Position numbers and translations under genes: made by a program
From: Sedimentisphaerales bacterium
GTDB lineage: Bacteria > Planctomycetota > Phycisphaerae > Sedimentisphaerales > Anaerobacaceae
Reading direction: 5' to 3'
Assembly: GCA_040772485.1 (NCBI GenBank)
Contig: JAXGYC010000010.1
Span: 256,001-320,000, forward strand
Length of the DNA: 64,000 bases
Notes under the pieces: model-generated
What the model saw: only the letters and a program-made list of their open reading frames with translations
Databases searched by the model: none
Told to the model about the DNA's origin: nothing
Shown: positions 9,789-19,683 of the stretch, one piece after another
Layout of the letters: each line of letters begins with the position of its first letter
Numbering within the stretch: position 1 is the stretch's first letter

Positions 9789-11993
9789 TCATTCATCCTT
9801 GAACCGGATCTCCGGCATCTCCCGGCCCAGCCGCTCGTATGTGGCCTTCAGTTCCTCCCGGAATTCATCGGGCTTCATAAACTCCACGTGCGAATCCAGA
9901 AACAAGACGTTGACGCCTTCCGTGCAGTAGCGTGTGTCTTCGTAGGCCACGATGTTTCCGGGGTACATCGCGGTGGTCTGACCCGGGATGTAGACGTAGC
10001 TGGGTCCGTCGAAATCCGCGGGTTTGCGTTTCGATTCCAGGCACTGGGCAGGCAGTTCCGCCTCGGTGACAAGGGCTTCGAGGTTTGGCGGAAGCTCATC
10101 CTCATGATCGTTCGCATAGATCAGGCAGGCCTTGCCGATCGATGACAGATTCGTCCCCGACGTCATCCGAAAGGCCAACTGCCGGGTCCGGGCCAGAGAC
10201 GGCATGATGACGCCGGCCGCCAGTGCCCCGCCGGCCACGCCTCGGAGGCTGACTTCGAGCCCCGTGCCACGATAGTGCGAGTAGAACCCGTCCGGGCGGG
10301 CGCAGCCGTATTCGCACGCCGGCTGCATGTCCTTGATAATCGCGCCGAGGTTCGGCAGCATCACCGGCAGCTTGATGCCCGCCTTCATCGCGCCCATCGT
10401 CGCCAGGGGCCAGACCTGCTGAAGCTGCATCATCATCTGTGTGAACTGCGCCTGCGAGTCGATGTAGCTCAGGCTCAGCAGGTTCGCGGGCAGATCGGCG
10501 GTGGCCTTCTTGTAGCCCTCGGTGTCCAGCAACGACGAGACGCCCTGGCCTGGGGAGGCCACCCGCTTGATCCCCATGGTGCACAGGGCGGTGTTGGAGC
10601 CGATCACCACCTGATCCCCGACGACCGACCAAGTCGGCATCACCTGTGCGAAGGCCAGCACCGGACTGGCCCAGACGTGGATCGTGCGCCCCTGCTCGTC
10701 GGCTTGGGAGCCGACCTGGAGCATGCCCTCGGCCTTCTCGCCGACAAAAGCCCCGAGTGTCGTCATGGTCTTCTCGAACAGCGAGGCGTCGGCGAGCTTG
10801 AGCATCGCGACCAAGCCTCCCATCGGCGCCTCAGGCATCCTTCCGGCCGGAAGCGAATAGAGCACGACCGGGCCGGCCAGGCTCTTCAGCAGACCGTCCC
10901 GAAGCTGGATGCCCACCTCGGACTCCAGTTCCGCCAGGCCCTTCTGGACCTCCGGATAGCCTTCATCGGGCGAAACGGCCTTGAGCGTCTTCATGATCGT
11001 GTCGTAGATATGCCCAAGATCGACATTCACCACGCTGGCGGTCACCGCCTGGGCATTCACCGCGCCAAGCATGGCGGGATCGACCGGCTTGAACGCTGCG
11101 AACAGACCGGTCCTCGGCTCAGGCACCTGGGCAAACGAATCGGAGACCAGATCGGTTCCGGAGATACCGACCCGCACGACAATCGTCCCGACCTTGCTCA
11201 CGCCCAGCTCGTCAAGCGCCAGCTTGATGGGAATCAGATCGTCCTGGCCCCCTTCCCGAAAGGCGAAGCTCTGCACGATCTGCCAGATCTGCTGCAAGTC
11301 CTCATAGACCGCCAGGACATCACCGTGGCCGGGGACCTTCTTGAGATGGTCGGTCGGCGTCGCGCGCGGGCTCGCCAGGTACTTTGTCGCCACCCCTTGC
11401 TGATCGTTGACGCCCACAATCAGGTAGTTGCCCACCCAGCCCCAGTAGAGCGGGACATCATCGTTGTCCTTGAGGCTGTGCATCTTCAAGGCGCCGACGT
11501 CGATCTGGCCGATCTCGTCCTCGCCGATCATGCTTTCCACCTGGGCCAGCGCCGCTTCCAGTTCCGGCTTGCGGTCGCCCGCGTCGAGGATGCCGAAGAA
11601 GCACGCCGGCGGCCCTTCCACCGTCTCGGCCCGCGCCGCGCCGATGAGGATGGGCCTCTTCAGGAGCAACTGGCCGTATCCCATTGCCATCTTGACCATC
11701 TGGGCCACCTCGGCACGCTCCTCTTCGTGTCCGACCTTGGTCATCAGCTCATTCTTGATCTGGGTGACGAAGCTGGTGACCTGCGGATCGCTGCACATCC
11801 GGCCGAAGATGGTCTTGGCGCATTCGTCCTTCAGCGCGTCGCAGCCGCTGGTGGCGATGAAGTACACGGTATCATCGGGCATCACCCTGGTCAGCTCTTC
11901 GACCGCTGAGGCTGCCGCCGCGTCCGTGACGACGAAACCGGCCACAACCAGCAACGACAAACAAATCCATGACAATCTCCGCAACCCGTTCAT
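9789..11993 (-). CDS. Secreted DUF3352-like protein fused to a C-terminal DUF1559/H-X9-DG pilin-like module
   Basis: Signal peptide; long alpha/beta body; hydrophobic helix followed by MPSLARTRQLAFRMTSGTNLSSIGKACLIYAND and GVNVLFLDSHVEF. Confidence 0.75.
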   Translation of the reverse strand: MNGLRRLSWICLSLLVVAGFVVTDAAAASAVEELTRVMPDDTVYFIATSGCDALKDECAKTIFGRMCSDPQVTSFVTQIKNELMTKVGHEEERAEVAQMVKMAMGYGQLLLKRPILIGAARAETVEGPPACFFGILDAGDRKPELEAALAQVESMIGEDEIGQIDVGALKMHSLKDNDDVPLYWGWVGNYLIVGVNDQQGVATKYLASPRATPTDHLKKVPGHGDVLAVYEDLQQIWQIVQSFAFREGGQDDLIPIKLALDELGVSKVGTIVVRVGISGTDLVSDSFAQVPEPRTGLFAAFKPVDPAMLGAVNAQAVTASVVNVDLGHIYDTIMKTLKAVSPDEGYPEVQKGLAELESEVGIQLRDGLLKSLAGPVVLYSLPAGRMPEAPMGGLVAMLKLADASLFEKTMTTLGAFVGEKAEGMLQVGSQADEQGRTIHVWASPVLAFAQVMPTWSVVGDQVVIGSNTALCTMGIKRVASPGQGVSSLLDTEGYKKATADLPANLLSLSYIDSQAQFTQMMMQLQQVWPLATMGAMKAGIKLPVMLPNLGAIIKDMQPACEYGCARPDGFYSHYRGTGLEVSLRGVAGGALAAGVIMPSLARTRQLAFRMTSGTNLSSIGKACLIYANDHEDELPPNLEALVTEAELPAQCLESKRKPADFDGPSYVYIPGQTTAMYPGNIVAYEDTRYCTEGVNVLFLDSHVEFMKPDEFREELKATYERLGREMPEIRFKDE

Positions 11994-12039
11994 CGCAATC
12001 TCCCTTCAAAAAAAACCGCGTATCTCGTGCAACCTCTCG

Positions 12040-13371
12040 TCAACGTTTTGAATTATCGTAACGTACCACCAGACACGGGCCCGGCAGCAGCACCTCGATC
12101 CCGTGATGCTCGGTGTCACTGATCACGCTCAACGTGTTCGCGCCCGGCTTCAGATGGGCCGGATCGATCTCGATGTCCGTGTGAACCACATCGTGTATGC
12201 CACGGCCTGAGGTGATCGAGTAGGGATGGCCGTTGATCTTGAACGGCTCCTTCACATTTCCCTCGCCTCCATCCCAGATCTTCACGATCAGCCTCGCCGA
12301 TTCGACGTTCGACAGGTCACGCGGAAGGTCGATCGTAGCCGTGCGGACCTGCGACGCCCGCGACCAGAACGGCACGGGCATGTCCCGGCACGCGTACATC
12401 CGCACGCAATGACGTCCCCTGGCAAATTCGAGCCCGTCCAGGACGGGTGTCCAGTAGCACAGCCCTCCCTTCAAGCGGATCAGGGCCCGCAGCGCCGTCG
12501 GGCCATCCTGATCGGGGATCATCCGCGTGTGCCAGACGATGGGAAACGGGCTCACCGTCGCCTTGCCGATGTGATGGACGTACCGCCGATCGTGCGTGTA
12601 GCCATGCCAGTCGTTGGTCCGCCCATCGCCGTCGTCGTCGTAGCCATCGCACCGGGCGAAGTACTCGACCGACTCGATCTCCGCTTCCATCGGTCTGGGA
12701 CACGTCAGCGTGATAGAAACGTCGTCGCCGATGGCCTCGTCGCCGGACGGCAGCAAGACGCGTGCGGAAAACCCTTCGAGCCCGCGTGCCACCAGATCGG
12801 GATGGCCGGGCTTGAGATAGCAGCGGATCGCCGCTTCGTCGACGATGAAATGGCCCCAGAAGGTCTGGCCCCGGTCGCAGGCGAACTGCACCGCGTTGCG
12901 GCCGCTCACCAATTGCTCGACCTTCAACGAGATCAGCGGATAGCTGTACGCGCAGTGGCCTGCCTCGCAACCGTCGTCGGGAATGGCGTACACCTGCTTG
13001 CCGTTCAGGAGAAAACGCTTGTTGGCGGTCCCGGGGTGGCCGGCCCAGACTTCCAGGTAGAGATCGGCGCCCTGCAAGGCGAACAGGTCCTCGGGCACGT
13101 CGATCAGGGTCAGGCCGTTGGCCCGGGCTTCGGGCTTCCTGCCGTACTCGGGGTGCAGACTCAGTTCGGGGTCGTTGACCCGCAGCATGCGGCCGGACGA
13201 ATTGCTGATCGTAGCGTCGAACTCGGCCCAGTGCTCCCGGAAGAAGACGCCCGTCCGGCCCCAGCGATCGTCGGATCCGGCAGACCCGAACGACGGGCGC
13301 GCCGCAGAGACCGAACCGGCAACGGCCAACAGAACGATGCAGACGACGTAACTCTTGCCAAAGCCGGTCAT
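12040..13371 (-). CDS. Secreted hypothetical protein, beta-rich, possibly carbohydrate-active
   Basis: Signal peptide; DDDGDG Ca-loop-like motif; LKPGANTLSV jelly-roll ending; GGAG RBS. Confidence 0.7.
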   Translation of the reverse strand: MTGFGKSYVVCIVLLAVAGSVSAARPSFGSAGSDDRWGRTGVFFREHWAEFDATISNSSGRMLRVNDPELSLHPEYGRKPEARANGLTLIDVPEDLFALQGADLYLEVWAGHPGTANKRFLLNGKQVYAIPDDGCEAGHCAYSYPLISLKVEQLVSGRNAVQFACDRGQTFWGHFIVDEAAIRCYLKPGHPDLVARGLEGFSARVLLPSGDEAIGDDVSITLTCPRPMEAEIESVEYFARCDGYDDDGDGRTNDWHGYTHDRRYVHHIGKATVSPFPIVWHTRMIPDQDGPTALRALIRLKGGLCYWTPVLDGLEFARGRHCVRMYACRDMPVPFWSRASQVRTATIDLPRDLSNVESARLIVKIWDGGEGNVKEPFKINGHPYSITSGRGIHDVVHTDIEIDPAHLKPGANTLSVISDTEHHGIEVLLPGPCLVVRYDNSKR

Positions 13372-13439
13372 TACGACACTCCTGCCACTCGCACGGGACC
13401 TTCTCTTCGCACAATGCCTCACGTCTGATTCAGGAGGCG

Positions 13440-13468
13440 ATTATACGTCCGACCAGGGTCGGCGACAA
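13440..13468 (-). promoter_or_regulatory. Putative sigma70 promoter for the 12040-13371 gene
   Basis: TTGTCG-N17-TATAAT on the minus strand. Confidence 0.6.
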
Positions 13469-13570
13469 GCCTGCCCAAGCCTGTCCCCTCTACGCACAGA
13501 CGCCCGGCGAGCCGAGATGTTGCGCCATCCATGGAGCAAAACGCGGAACGACATCCGCGTGGCAAGTCAA

Positions 13571-13600
13571 TTGACACTGTGGAACGCATCCCCATAGAAT
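13571..13600 (+). promoter_or_regulatory. Putative sigma70 promoter of the sugar ABC operon
   Basis: TTGACA-N18-TAGAAT; the -35 box lies within the palindrome GTCAATTGAC. Confidence 0.55.
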
Positions 13601-13670
13601 GCCCGTCGATCGGCCGAAGAAGGCGGAATACAGCCCGGCGGCACAGCATACGGAAGGCCAAGGCAGCCCG

Positions 13671-15167
13671 ATGGAGCACGAGAACTGCGTTCTGGAGCTT
13701 CGGGACGTATCGAAGAGCTTCCCCGGAGTCAAGGCCCTGGACCGGGTCAGCATCCGGTTCAGGCCGGCCACGGTCCATGCGCTGGTCGGCGAGAACGGAG
13801 CCGGAAAGTCCACCCTGATGAAGATCCTGATGGGGTTCCACACAGACTATGCCGGCGAGATTCTCCTCCTGGGACAACGTCTGACCCATGCCGGCGTGCG
13901 GCAGGCCCTTGAGGCCGGCATCTCGATGATCCACCAGGAGCTGATGTACGTGCCGCACATGACTGTCGCGGAGAACCTGCTGCTCGGCAGAGAGCCCGCC
14001 TCCAGGTTCCTCAAGCGCATCGACCGCAGAGAGGCACACCGACAGACCCGACAGCTTCTGAACCAGGTGGGATTGGACCTCGAACCGGACCGGCTGATGA
14101 AAGACCTGAACGTCGCCGAGCGGCAAATGGTGGAGATCGCCAAGGCCATCTCGTACCATGCGAAGATCGTGATCATGGATGAGCCCAGCTCTTCTCTCTC
14201 GCAGCACGAAGTCGAACGGCTCTATGGGATCATCGCCCAGTTGAAGGACAGGAGTGTGACGGTCATCTACATCTCACACCGTCTCGAGGAGGTCTTCCGA
14301 ATCGCCGACGAGGTCACGGTGTTGCGCGATGGCCGGGTCGTCGGCGCTGCGCGGGCCTCCGAGATCGATGCGGACCGCGTGATCGCCATGATGGTGGGCC
14401 GCGAACTGGCGGACGTCTTCCCCAAACGGACCCGCCGGCCGGGGCCGGTGATCCTGAGCGTGCGCAACCTGGGCCGCAAAGGCGCCTTTCACGACGTCAG
14501 TTTCGATCTTCACAGGGGTGAGATCGTCAGCCTGGCGGGTCTGATGGGCGCGGGGCGAACCGAGATCATCCGCTGCCTCTTCGGGCTCGACCGATACGAT
14601 CAGGGTCAGATCTTCGTCAATGGCAAGGAGGTCTCCATCCGGAGCCCCGCCGATGCTCTGCGACTGGGCCTGGGCCTGGTCAGCGAAGACCGACAGACTA
14701 CGGGTCTGGTGCCCTGTCTTTCGCTGCAAGCCAACATCACGCTCTCGCATCTGGATCGGTGTTCGTGGGGACCGGTCATCGCACGCAGGTGGGAAAAAGA
14801 ACTGGTGGAACGTATGGTCGGTGACCTGCGGATCAAGTCGCCCGGCGCCGACGAGATTGTGGCCAACCTCAGCGGAGGCAACCAGCAGAAGGCCGTGCTG
14901 GCCAGGGCCCTGCTCGGCGAACCCAGCGTGCTGCTCCTCGATGAACCGACCCGGGGCATCGACGTCGGCGCCAAAGCCGAGATCTACAAACTGATGTGCC
15001 GGCTCGCCGACGAGGGCAAGGCGATCCTGATGGCATCCTCGGAGATGCCCGAGGTGGTGGGAATGAGCGACCGGGTTGTTGTTCTCAGCAGCGGCGCCGT
15101 GACCGGACAACTGGATCGAGACCAGGCGTCCGCCGCGAACATTCTGCGCTGTGCGATGGCCAATTAG
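13671..15167 (+). CDS. Sugar ABC transporter ATP-binding protein (RbsA/MglA type, two NBDs)
   Basis: GENGAGKSTLMK, IMDEPS, LSGGNQQK, LDEPTRGIDVGAK. Confidence 0.95.
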   Translation: MEHENCVLELRDVSKSFPGVKALDRVSIRFRPATVHALVGENGAGKSTLMKILMGFHTDYAGEILLLGQRLTHAGVRQALEAGISMIHQELMYVPHMTVAENLLLGREPASRFLKRIDRREAHRQTRQLLNQVGLDLEPDRLMKDLNVAERQMVEIAKAISYHAKIVIMDEPSSSLSQHEVERLYGIIAQLKDRSVTVIYISHRLEEVFRIADEVTVLRDGRVVGAARASEIDADRVIAMMVGRELADVFPKRTRRPGPVILSVRNLGRKGAFHDVSFDLHRGEIVSLAGLMGAGRTEIIRCLFGLDRYDQGQIFVNGKEVSIRSPADALRLGLGLVSEDRQTTGLVPCLSLQANITLSHLDRCSWGPVIARRWEKELVERMVGDLRIKSPGADEIVANLSGGNQQKAVLARALLGEPSVLLLDEPTRGIDVGAKAEIYKLMCRLADEGKAILMASSEMPEVVGMSDRVVVLSSGAVTGQLDRDQASAANILRCAMAN

Positions 15168-15205
15168 GGGCGGGCTCGCCGGACAGCTTGGAAAGGATTT
15201 GAACG

Positions 15206-16159
15206 ATGCCCGAGCATGACATCGTGTCCCGCGATGGGAATGCAATGCAGAAATACGGCCTGGTGATCGCGTTTGCGGCGATCTGCGCGGTGCTCTCGGT
15301 CCGTTCACCGGCATTTCTGACTCCGCAGAATGCCATCAACGTTCTGCGTCAGATCTCCATCAACGCCATCCTGGCGGTCGGAGTCACCTATGTGATTCTC
15401 ACCGGAGGCATCGACCTGTCACTCGGCTCGGTGGTGGCGCTGACAGGCGTCCTGGCGGCGACGTTTGCCCATCCTGATACCTATCCGCTGGCCATTCCGA
15501 TCGCAGTGGGCATCCTGGGTGGAGTCCTCATTGGCGCGCTGAACGGTCTGGTTATCACGCGGTTTCGTGTCGCGCCGTTCATCGCAACGCTGGGAATGAT
15601 GACCATCGCCCGGGGCGGCGCGTTGATTTTCAGCGGGGGCCGGCCCGTCTCGAATCTGGCGGCGTCATTCAATTTCATCGGCAACGGAAGCGTGCTGCGC
15701 ATTCCCATCCCGATCCTGATCCTCGCGGGCGTTTTTCTGGCCTCGCAGTTTGTCCTGCGAAGAACCACCTTTGGCCGATACGTCTACGCGGTGGGCGGCA
15801 ACGAAGAGGCGGCCCGCGCCTCCGGCATCAATACGCATGGGATCAAGGTCGCCTCATACGCCATCTGCGCGGGGCTGGCGGGTCTGGCCGGCATTGTCCA
15901 GGCTTCGCGGATCACTACCGGGCAGCCGAACGCCGGCATCTCGTACGAACTCGACGCGATTGCCGCCGTGGTCATCGGGGGCACGAGCCTGTCCGGCGGG
16001 ATCGGCTCTGTCACCGGCACCCTCCTGGGCGCGCTGCTCATCGGGACACTGAACAACGGCCTGGACCTGCTGAACGTTTCCTCGTACTATCAGCAGGTCG
16101 TCAAGGGGCTCATCATCATCGGCGCCGTGATTCTCGACCGCCGCAAGCGTTCGAGATAG
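15206..16159 (+). CDS. Sugar ABC transporter permease (RbsC type)
   Basis: GGIDLSLGS, GRYVYAVGGNEEAARASGI, YELDAIAAVVIGGTSLSGG. Confidence 0.95.
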   Translation: MPEHDIVSRDGNAMQKYGLVIAFAAICAVLSVRSPAFLTPQNAINVLRQISINAILAVGVTYVILTGGIDLSLGSVVALTGVLAATFAHPDTYPLAIPIAVGILGGVLIGALNGLVITRFRVAPFIATLGMMTIARGGALIFSGGRPVSNLAASFNFIGNGSVLRIPIPILILAGVFLASQFVLRRTTFGRYVYAVGGNEEAARASGINTHGIKVASYAICAGLAGLAGIVQASRITTGQPNAGISYELDAIAAVVIGGTSLSGGIGSVTGTLLGALLIGTLNNGLDLLNVSSYYQQVVKGLIIIGAVILDRRKRSR

Positions 16160-16211
16160 CCACGCTGCTGGCGGGCTCGCAGATATCGCGCGGTGCACGG
16201 AGTCGGCGGTC

Positions 16212-17144
16212 ATGCGAAAACTCATTGTTGTCCTCCTGGTCGCAGTCCTGGTCGTGATGCTGTGGCTCGTGAAACCCGATGGATCCAACTCGGATCGGCT
16301 TGTGATCGGGGTCAGCCTTCTGAATCTGTCGAATGAATTCATCGTCGACATCCGAGAGGCGATGGAGGCCAAGGCCGCCGAGCTGGACGTCGAACTAATC
16401 GTCACCGACGCCGAACGAAGCGCCGAGAAGCAGATTCAGCAGATCGAGAGCTTCATCACTCGGCGAGTGGATGCCATCATCCTGAATCCCTGCGAGGTGG
16501 AGGCGAGTTCGCCCGCCGTCGACAAGGCCATCGCCGCCGGCATACCGATCGTCAACGTCAACTCCGAGACGCGGTCCGAGCCAACGGCGTTCGTGGGCTC
16601 GCGCGATGAAGAATCGGCCGAAATCGCCATCAACTACATCGCCGAACGGCTCGGCGGCAAAGGGCGGCTCCTGATGATGACCGGTTATCCCGGCCAGGCG
16701 GCAGAGATCAAGCGAACCGAGGGAGCGCGGGCCGCATTGAAGCAGTACCCCGATCTGAGGCTGATCGCCGAGCAGACTGCGAACTGGTCGCGCGAGGAGG
16801 GAATGGCGCTGATGGAAAACTGGCTTCAGGCCTACCGCGACGGCATCGACGCCGTGTTCGCCCAGAACGATGAGATGGGCCTGGGGGCGCTGAACGCTCT
16901 CCAATCGGCCGGCGTCAAGGACGGGATCGTGCTCGTCAGCGTGGACGCCATCGCCGACGCCCTGGCCGCCGTCAAAGAGGGCCGGCTCGACGCCACCGTC
17001 TTCCAGAACGCCCGAGGTCAGGCCGCCTCCGCCCTCGAAACCGCCGTCCAGATCGTCAGAGGCCAGCCCTACGAAAAGACGGTCCTGATCCCCTTCGAAC
17101 TCGTCACCCGGCAAAACGTCGACCGCTACATCAGCCAGCCGTAA
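16212..17144 (+). CDS. Sugar ABC transporter substrate-binding protein (RbsB-like)
   Basis: N-terminal hydrophobic anchor; QTANWSR, AVFAQNDEMGLGA, ATVFQNA. Confidence 0.93.
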   Translation: MRKLIVVLLVAVLVVMLWLVKPDGSNSDRLVIGVSLLNLSNEFIVDIREAMEAKAAELDVELIVTDAERSAEKQIQQIESFITRRVDAIILNPCEVEASSPAVDKAIAAGIPIVNVNSETRSEPTAFVGSRDEESAEIAINYIAERLGGKGRLLMMTGYPGQAAEIKRTEGARAALKQYPDLRLIAEQTANWSREEGMALMENWLQAYRDGIDAVFAQNDEMGLGALNALQSAGVKDGIVLVSVDAIADALAAVKEGRLDATVFQNARGQAASALETAVQIVRGQPYEKTVLIPFELVTRQNVDRYISQP

Positions 17145-17177
17145 CGAATCGGCCGGCCGTTCAGCCATCGCTGGACC

Positions 17178-17564
17178 TCAGGCATCCAACTCCAGAGATT
17201 GACGCGCGGCCGCCCGAAAGACGCGGCATCTACGTTGGGCATCGAGCGCACAGTCCCGGTCGGCCGAGTCGCCCGGATAACGTACGCTGACCGCAAACCC
17301 TGACAGATAGGCCAGGTTCTCGCGGTGAGCTTCCCACGAGGGCTCAACCTTCAGTGCCGACTCGAGCAATGCGACGAGATCATGCACCTTCCCGAACGCG
17401 AGCCCGGCCTCGCAAAGACGTGCCTTCAGATACTTCTCCGCACATTGCTGGGCGTGGAAACAAATGCCCTCGAAGTTGGGCCGGTCCGTAACGCGCGACT
17501 CTCACTCCATGGTCGCGAAGTCCCCTTCCGCCTTGGCTGCCCATTCAGCGGTCATTGGCTTCAT
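17178..17564 (-). pseudogene. HEPN domain protein interrupted by an in-frame TGA at codon 21 (17502-17504)
   Basis: Manual translation: MKPMTAEWAAKAEGDFATME*ESRVTDRPNFEGICFHAQQCAEKYLKARL...KVHDLVALL...AVSVRYPG. The frame is otherwise intact and overlaps the 3' end of the MNT gene. Confidence 0.85.
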
Positions 17565-17865
17565 AGAGGATTATCCCCTGCGACAGGATTTCCTGCATGA
17601 ATGTGTCGCCCATCGCGATTCGCTCGCGAACCTTCTCGGGCGTTCGCACAAGCAGGTCGACCGGAAAACCCGGACGCAGTTTCATTTGAACCGCCACCGA
17701 GGTATCGACGCTGCGTCCGCTGAAGGGACCGATGACCAGCAGATCGACATCGGAATCGCTCGCCGGTGTACCCCTCGCGTGGGAGCCGAAGAGAATCACC
17801 TTCTCGGCCCCAAACTCCCGCCCGATCCTCCGACCGAACTCCTCAATCCTGCTCATCGCCACCAT
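17545..17865 (-). CDS. Minimal nucleotidyltransferase (MNT) antitoxin-type protein
   Basis: ILFGSHARG...SDSDVDLLV motif; 106 aa; paired with HEPN. Confidence 0.92.
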   Translation of the reverse strand: MVAMSRIEEFGRRIGREFGAEKVILFGSHARGTPASDSDVDLLVIGPFSGRSVDTSVAVQMKLRPGFPVDLLVRTPEKVRERIAMGDTFMQEILSQGIILYEANDR

Positions 17866-18108
17866 GGGCCCATGTCCCCAGAATCACTCCACTGAAAACC
17901 AACGTCCAGTATACCAACAATCCTCCTGCATGGGCAACCAGCGCTCGTCAATCGCTCGTCCAGTCGCACCGATACGACTCGGGCACCTCTTCCAGGCTTG
18001 AAAACACATCTTTCTCCGGAAACGCCACTCGCGCCAAAGGCGCAAAGACCGTCGATGTCTGTCCTAACCATGGCGTTTTGTCGAGGACGATTTGTTTCGG
18101 CTTGGGCG

Positions 18109-19683
18109 TCATCGGAGGCTGGTCAGAACGACCTGACGCATGAGATCGGCCTCAGCAACTTCGCCGGTGAAGAGGTGGAATTGGGCGAGGGCCTGGTTGA
18201 CGAACATGGCGAGGCCGTCGATGGTCTTGGCGCCGGCGGCTTTGGCGTGCTTGAGCAGGAGGGTCTCGGCGGGGTTGTAGACGGTATCGAAGACGGCCAT
18301 GCCGGGCTTGAGCGCGTCCGGGGGGACGGGCGTTGCATCGACCTTGGGATGCATCCCGATGCTGGTGCAGTTGACGAGGAGCCGGGCGTCGAGATGCGAG
18401 AGCGCGTCGAGGCCGGCACAGGCGCAGCCGAAATCAGCGGCGAGTTGCTCGGCTCGCTCGACGGTGCGGTTGTAGATCGTGACCTTCGCGCCCGCATCGG
18501 TCAAGCCTGCGACGATGGCCCGCGAAACGCCCCCGGCTCCCACGACCGCCACAGGCATGTCGCGGAACCCTTGGCGCGAGATGCCCATGCCGTCGGCGAT
18601 GGCGTCGAGCGCGCCGGCATAGTCGGTGTTGTAGGCGCCAAGCCGTCGCTCGTCGCTCGTCGCTCGGAAATCGAGAACCAAGGTGTTGGCGGCGCCGATC
18701 TGCTCGGCCAGAGGCTCGACGAAGCCGCCTCTCTGCCGCACGTAGTCGAGGGCGCTGTGCTTGTGCGGGATCGTGACGCTGAAGCCTCGAGAGTCCAGCC
18801 AGGGCCGCGCGAGCACGTTATCGAGGAACGCGAACAGCTCCTCGCGGCCGCCCTGCACCAGCAGAGGCAGGTAGACGCCGTTGATTTTCCTGTCGGCCAG
18901 GCAGGCGTTGTGAATGGCCGGACTGAACGAATGGCCCACCGGATCGGCAATCACGCCGAACAGGGTCGTCCCGCGGTCAATCGAATCGTGATGGTAGAGT
19001 CTCTTGAACGCATCCAGCGTCACCTGTCCCGGCGCGGTGCCACTGGTCTCGTCGAGGCTGGCGAAGGTGACAAGCCCGCCGAGCTTCTTCGTGAGCACCC
19101 GGCTGATCAGACCTGCCTGGCCCATGCACAGCACGATGCAGTCCCTGTCCGCCTCGTGAAGCAGATCGAACGCCTGGAAGCAGTCGTTGATATGGCCTGC
19201 GGTGTAGACCAGCTTGGGCACGGCCGCCGGAAAGGCCTGCACGATGTCGCGATACAGCCCCCTGAGGTCGCCGAACGGCTCGCCGAAATCATGGGCGGAG
19301 AGGATCAGTCGCCCCTTCGGCGACGACGCCAGAGCCGACCCAATTCTGTGGCCAAACGCAGATTTCCGGAAATTCGCGAACTCGACGTCGACGAACTCGG
19401 CCCCTTCGCTCAGGGCCGCCGCGAGAATCTCAAGACGCAGCGACTCAGGGCAGTCGACGGCCCCGCCTTCGCGCGCATCCCGGCAGGTTGCGATCAGAGG
19501 CACGGATGCTGTGGCCAACGCCCGGGTCCGCCTCAGGACCTCTCTCGCCAGGTCCGGCGAAAGCCCTTCCAGGTAGTCCATCCGCAATTCGAGCATCTCG
19601 GCCCCGCCGGCGACGGCGCGGCGGACCTGCTCTGCGGCCTGGGCCGCATTCTTCGCCGATATGGGAACCGCCAAATAGGTCAT
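18109..19683 (-). CDS. aroE: Bifunctional type I 3-dehydroquinate dehydratase / shikimate dehydrogenase (AroD-AroE fusion)
   Basis: ELRMD, ILSAHDF, TAPGQ (AroD); HSFSPAIHN, SVTIPHK, GAANT, YNTD, GAGGVSR, NRT, DTVYNP, GLAMFVNQA (AroE). Confidence 0.93.
   Translation of the reverse strand: MTYLAVPISAKNAAQAAEQVRRAVAGGAEMLELRMDYLEGLSPDLAREVLRRTRALATASVPLIATCRDAREGGAVDCPESLRLEILAAALSEGAEFVDVEFANFRKSAFGHRIGSALASSPKGRLILSAHDFGEPFGDLRGLYRDIVQAFPAAVPKLVYTAGHINDCFQAFDLLHEADRDCIVLCMGQAGLISRVLTKKLGGLVTFASLDETSGTAPGQVTLDAFKRLYHHDSIDRGTTLFGVIADPVGHSFSPAIHNACLADRKINGVYLPLLVQGGREELFAFLDNVLARPWLDSRGFSVTIPHKHSALDYVRQRGGFVEPLAEQIGAANTLVLDFRATSDERRLGAYNTDYAGALDAIADGMGISRQGFRDMPVAVVGAGGVSRAIVAGLTDAGAKVTIYNRTVERAEQLAADFGCACAGLDALSHLDARLLVNCTSIGMHPKVDATPVPPDALKPGMAVFDTVYNPAETLLLKHAKAAGAKTIDGLAMFVNQALAQFHLFTGEVAEADLMRQVVLTSLR
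18644..18666. repeat. Tandem heptamer (CGTCGCT)x3 inside the aroE coding region
   Basis: cgtcgct cgtcgct cgtcgct cg; translated as RATSDERR. Confidence 0.85.

Noticed and set aside
17502..17504. Selenocysteine codon in HEPN
   Set aside because: There is no redox-motif context, and a single transition from CGA is simpler. It is not fully excluded without an alignment.
18109..19683. AroD-AroE fusion as a novelty
   Set aside because: This fusion is already known in plants, chlamydiae and planctomycetes.
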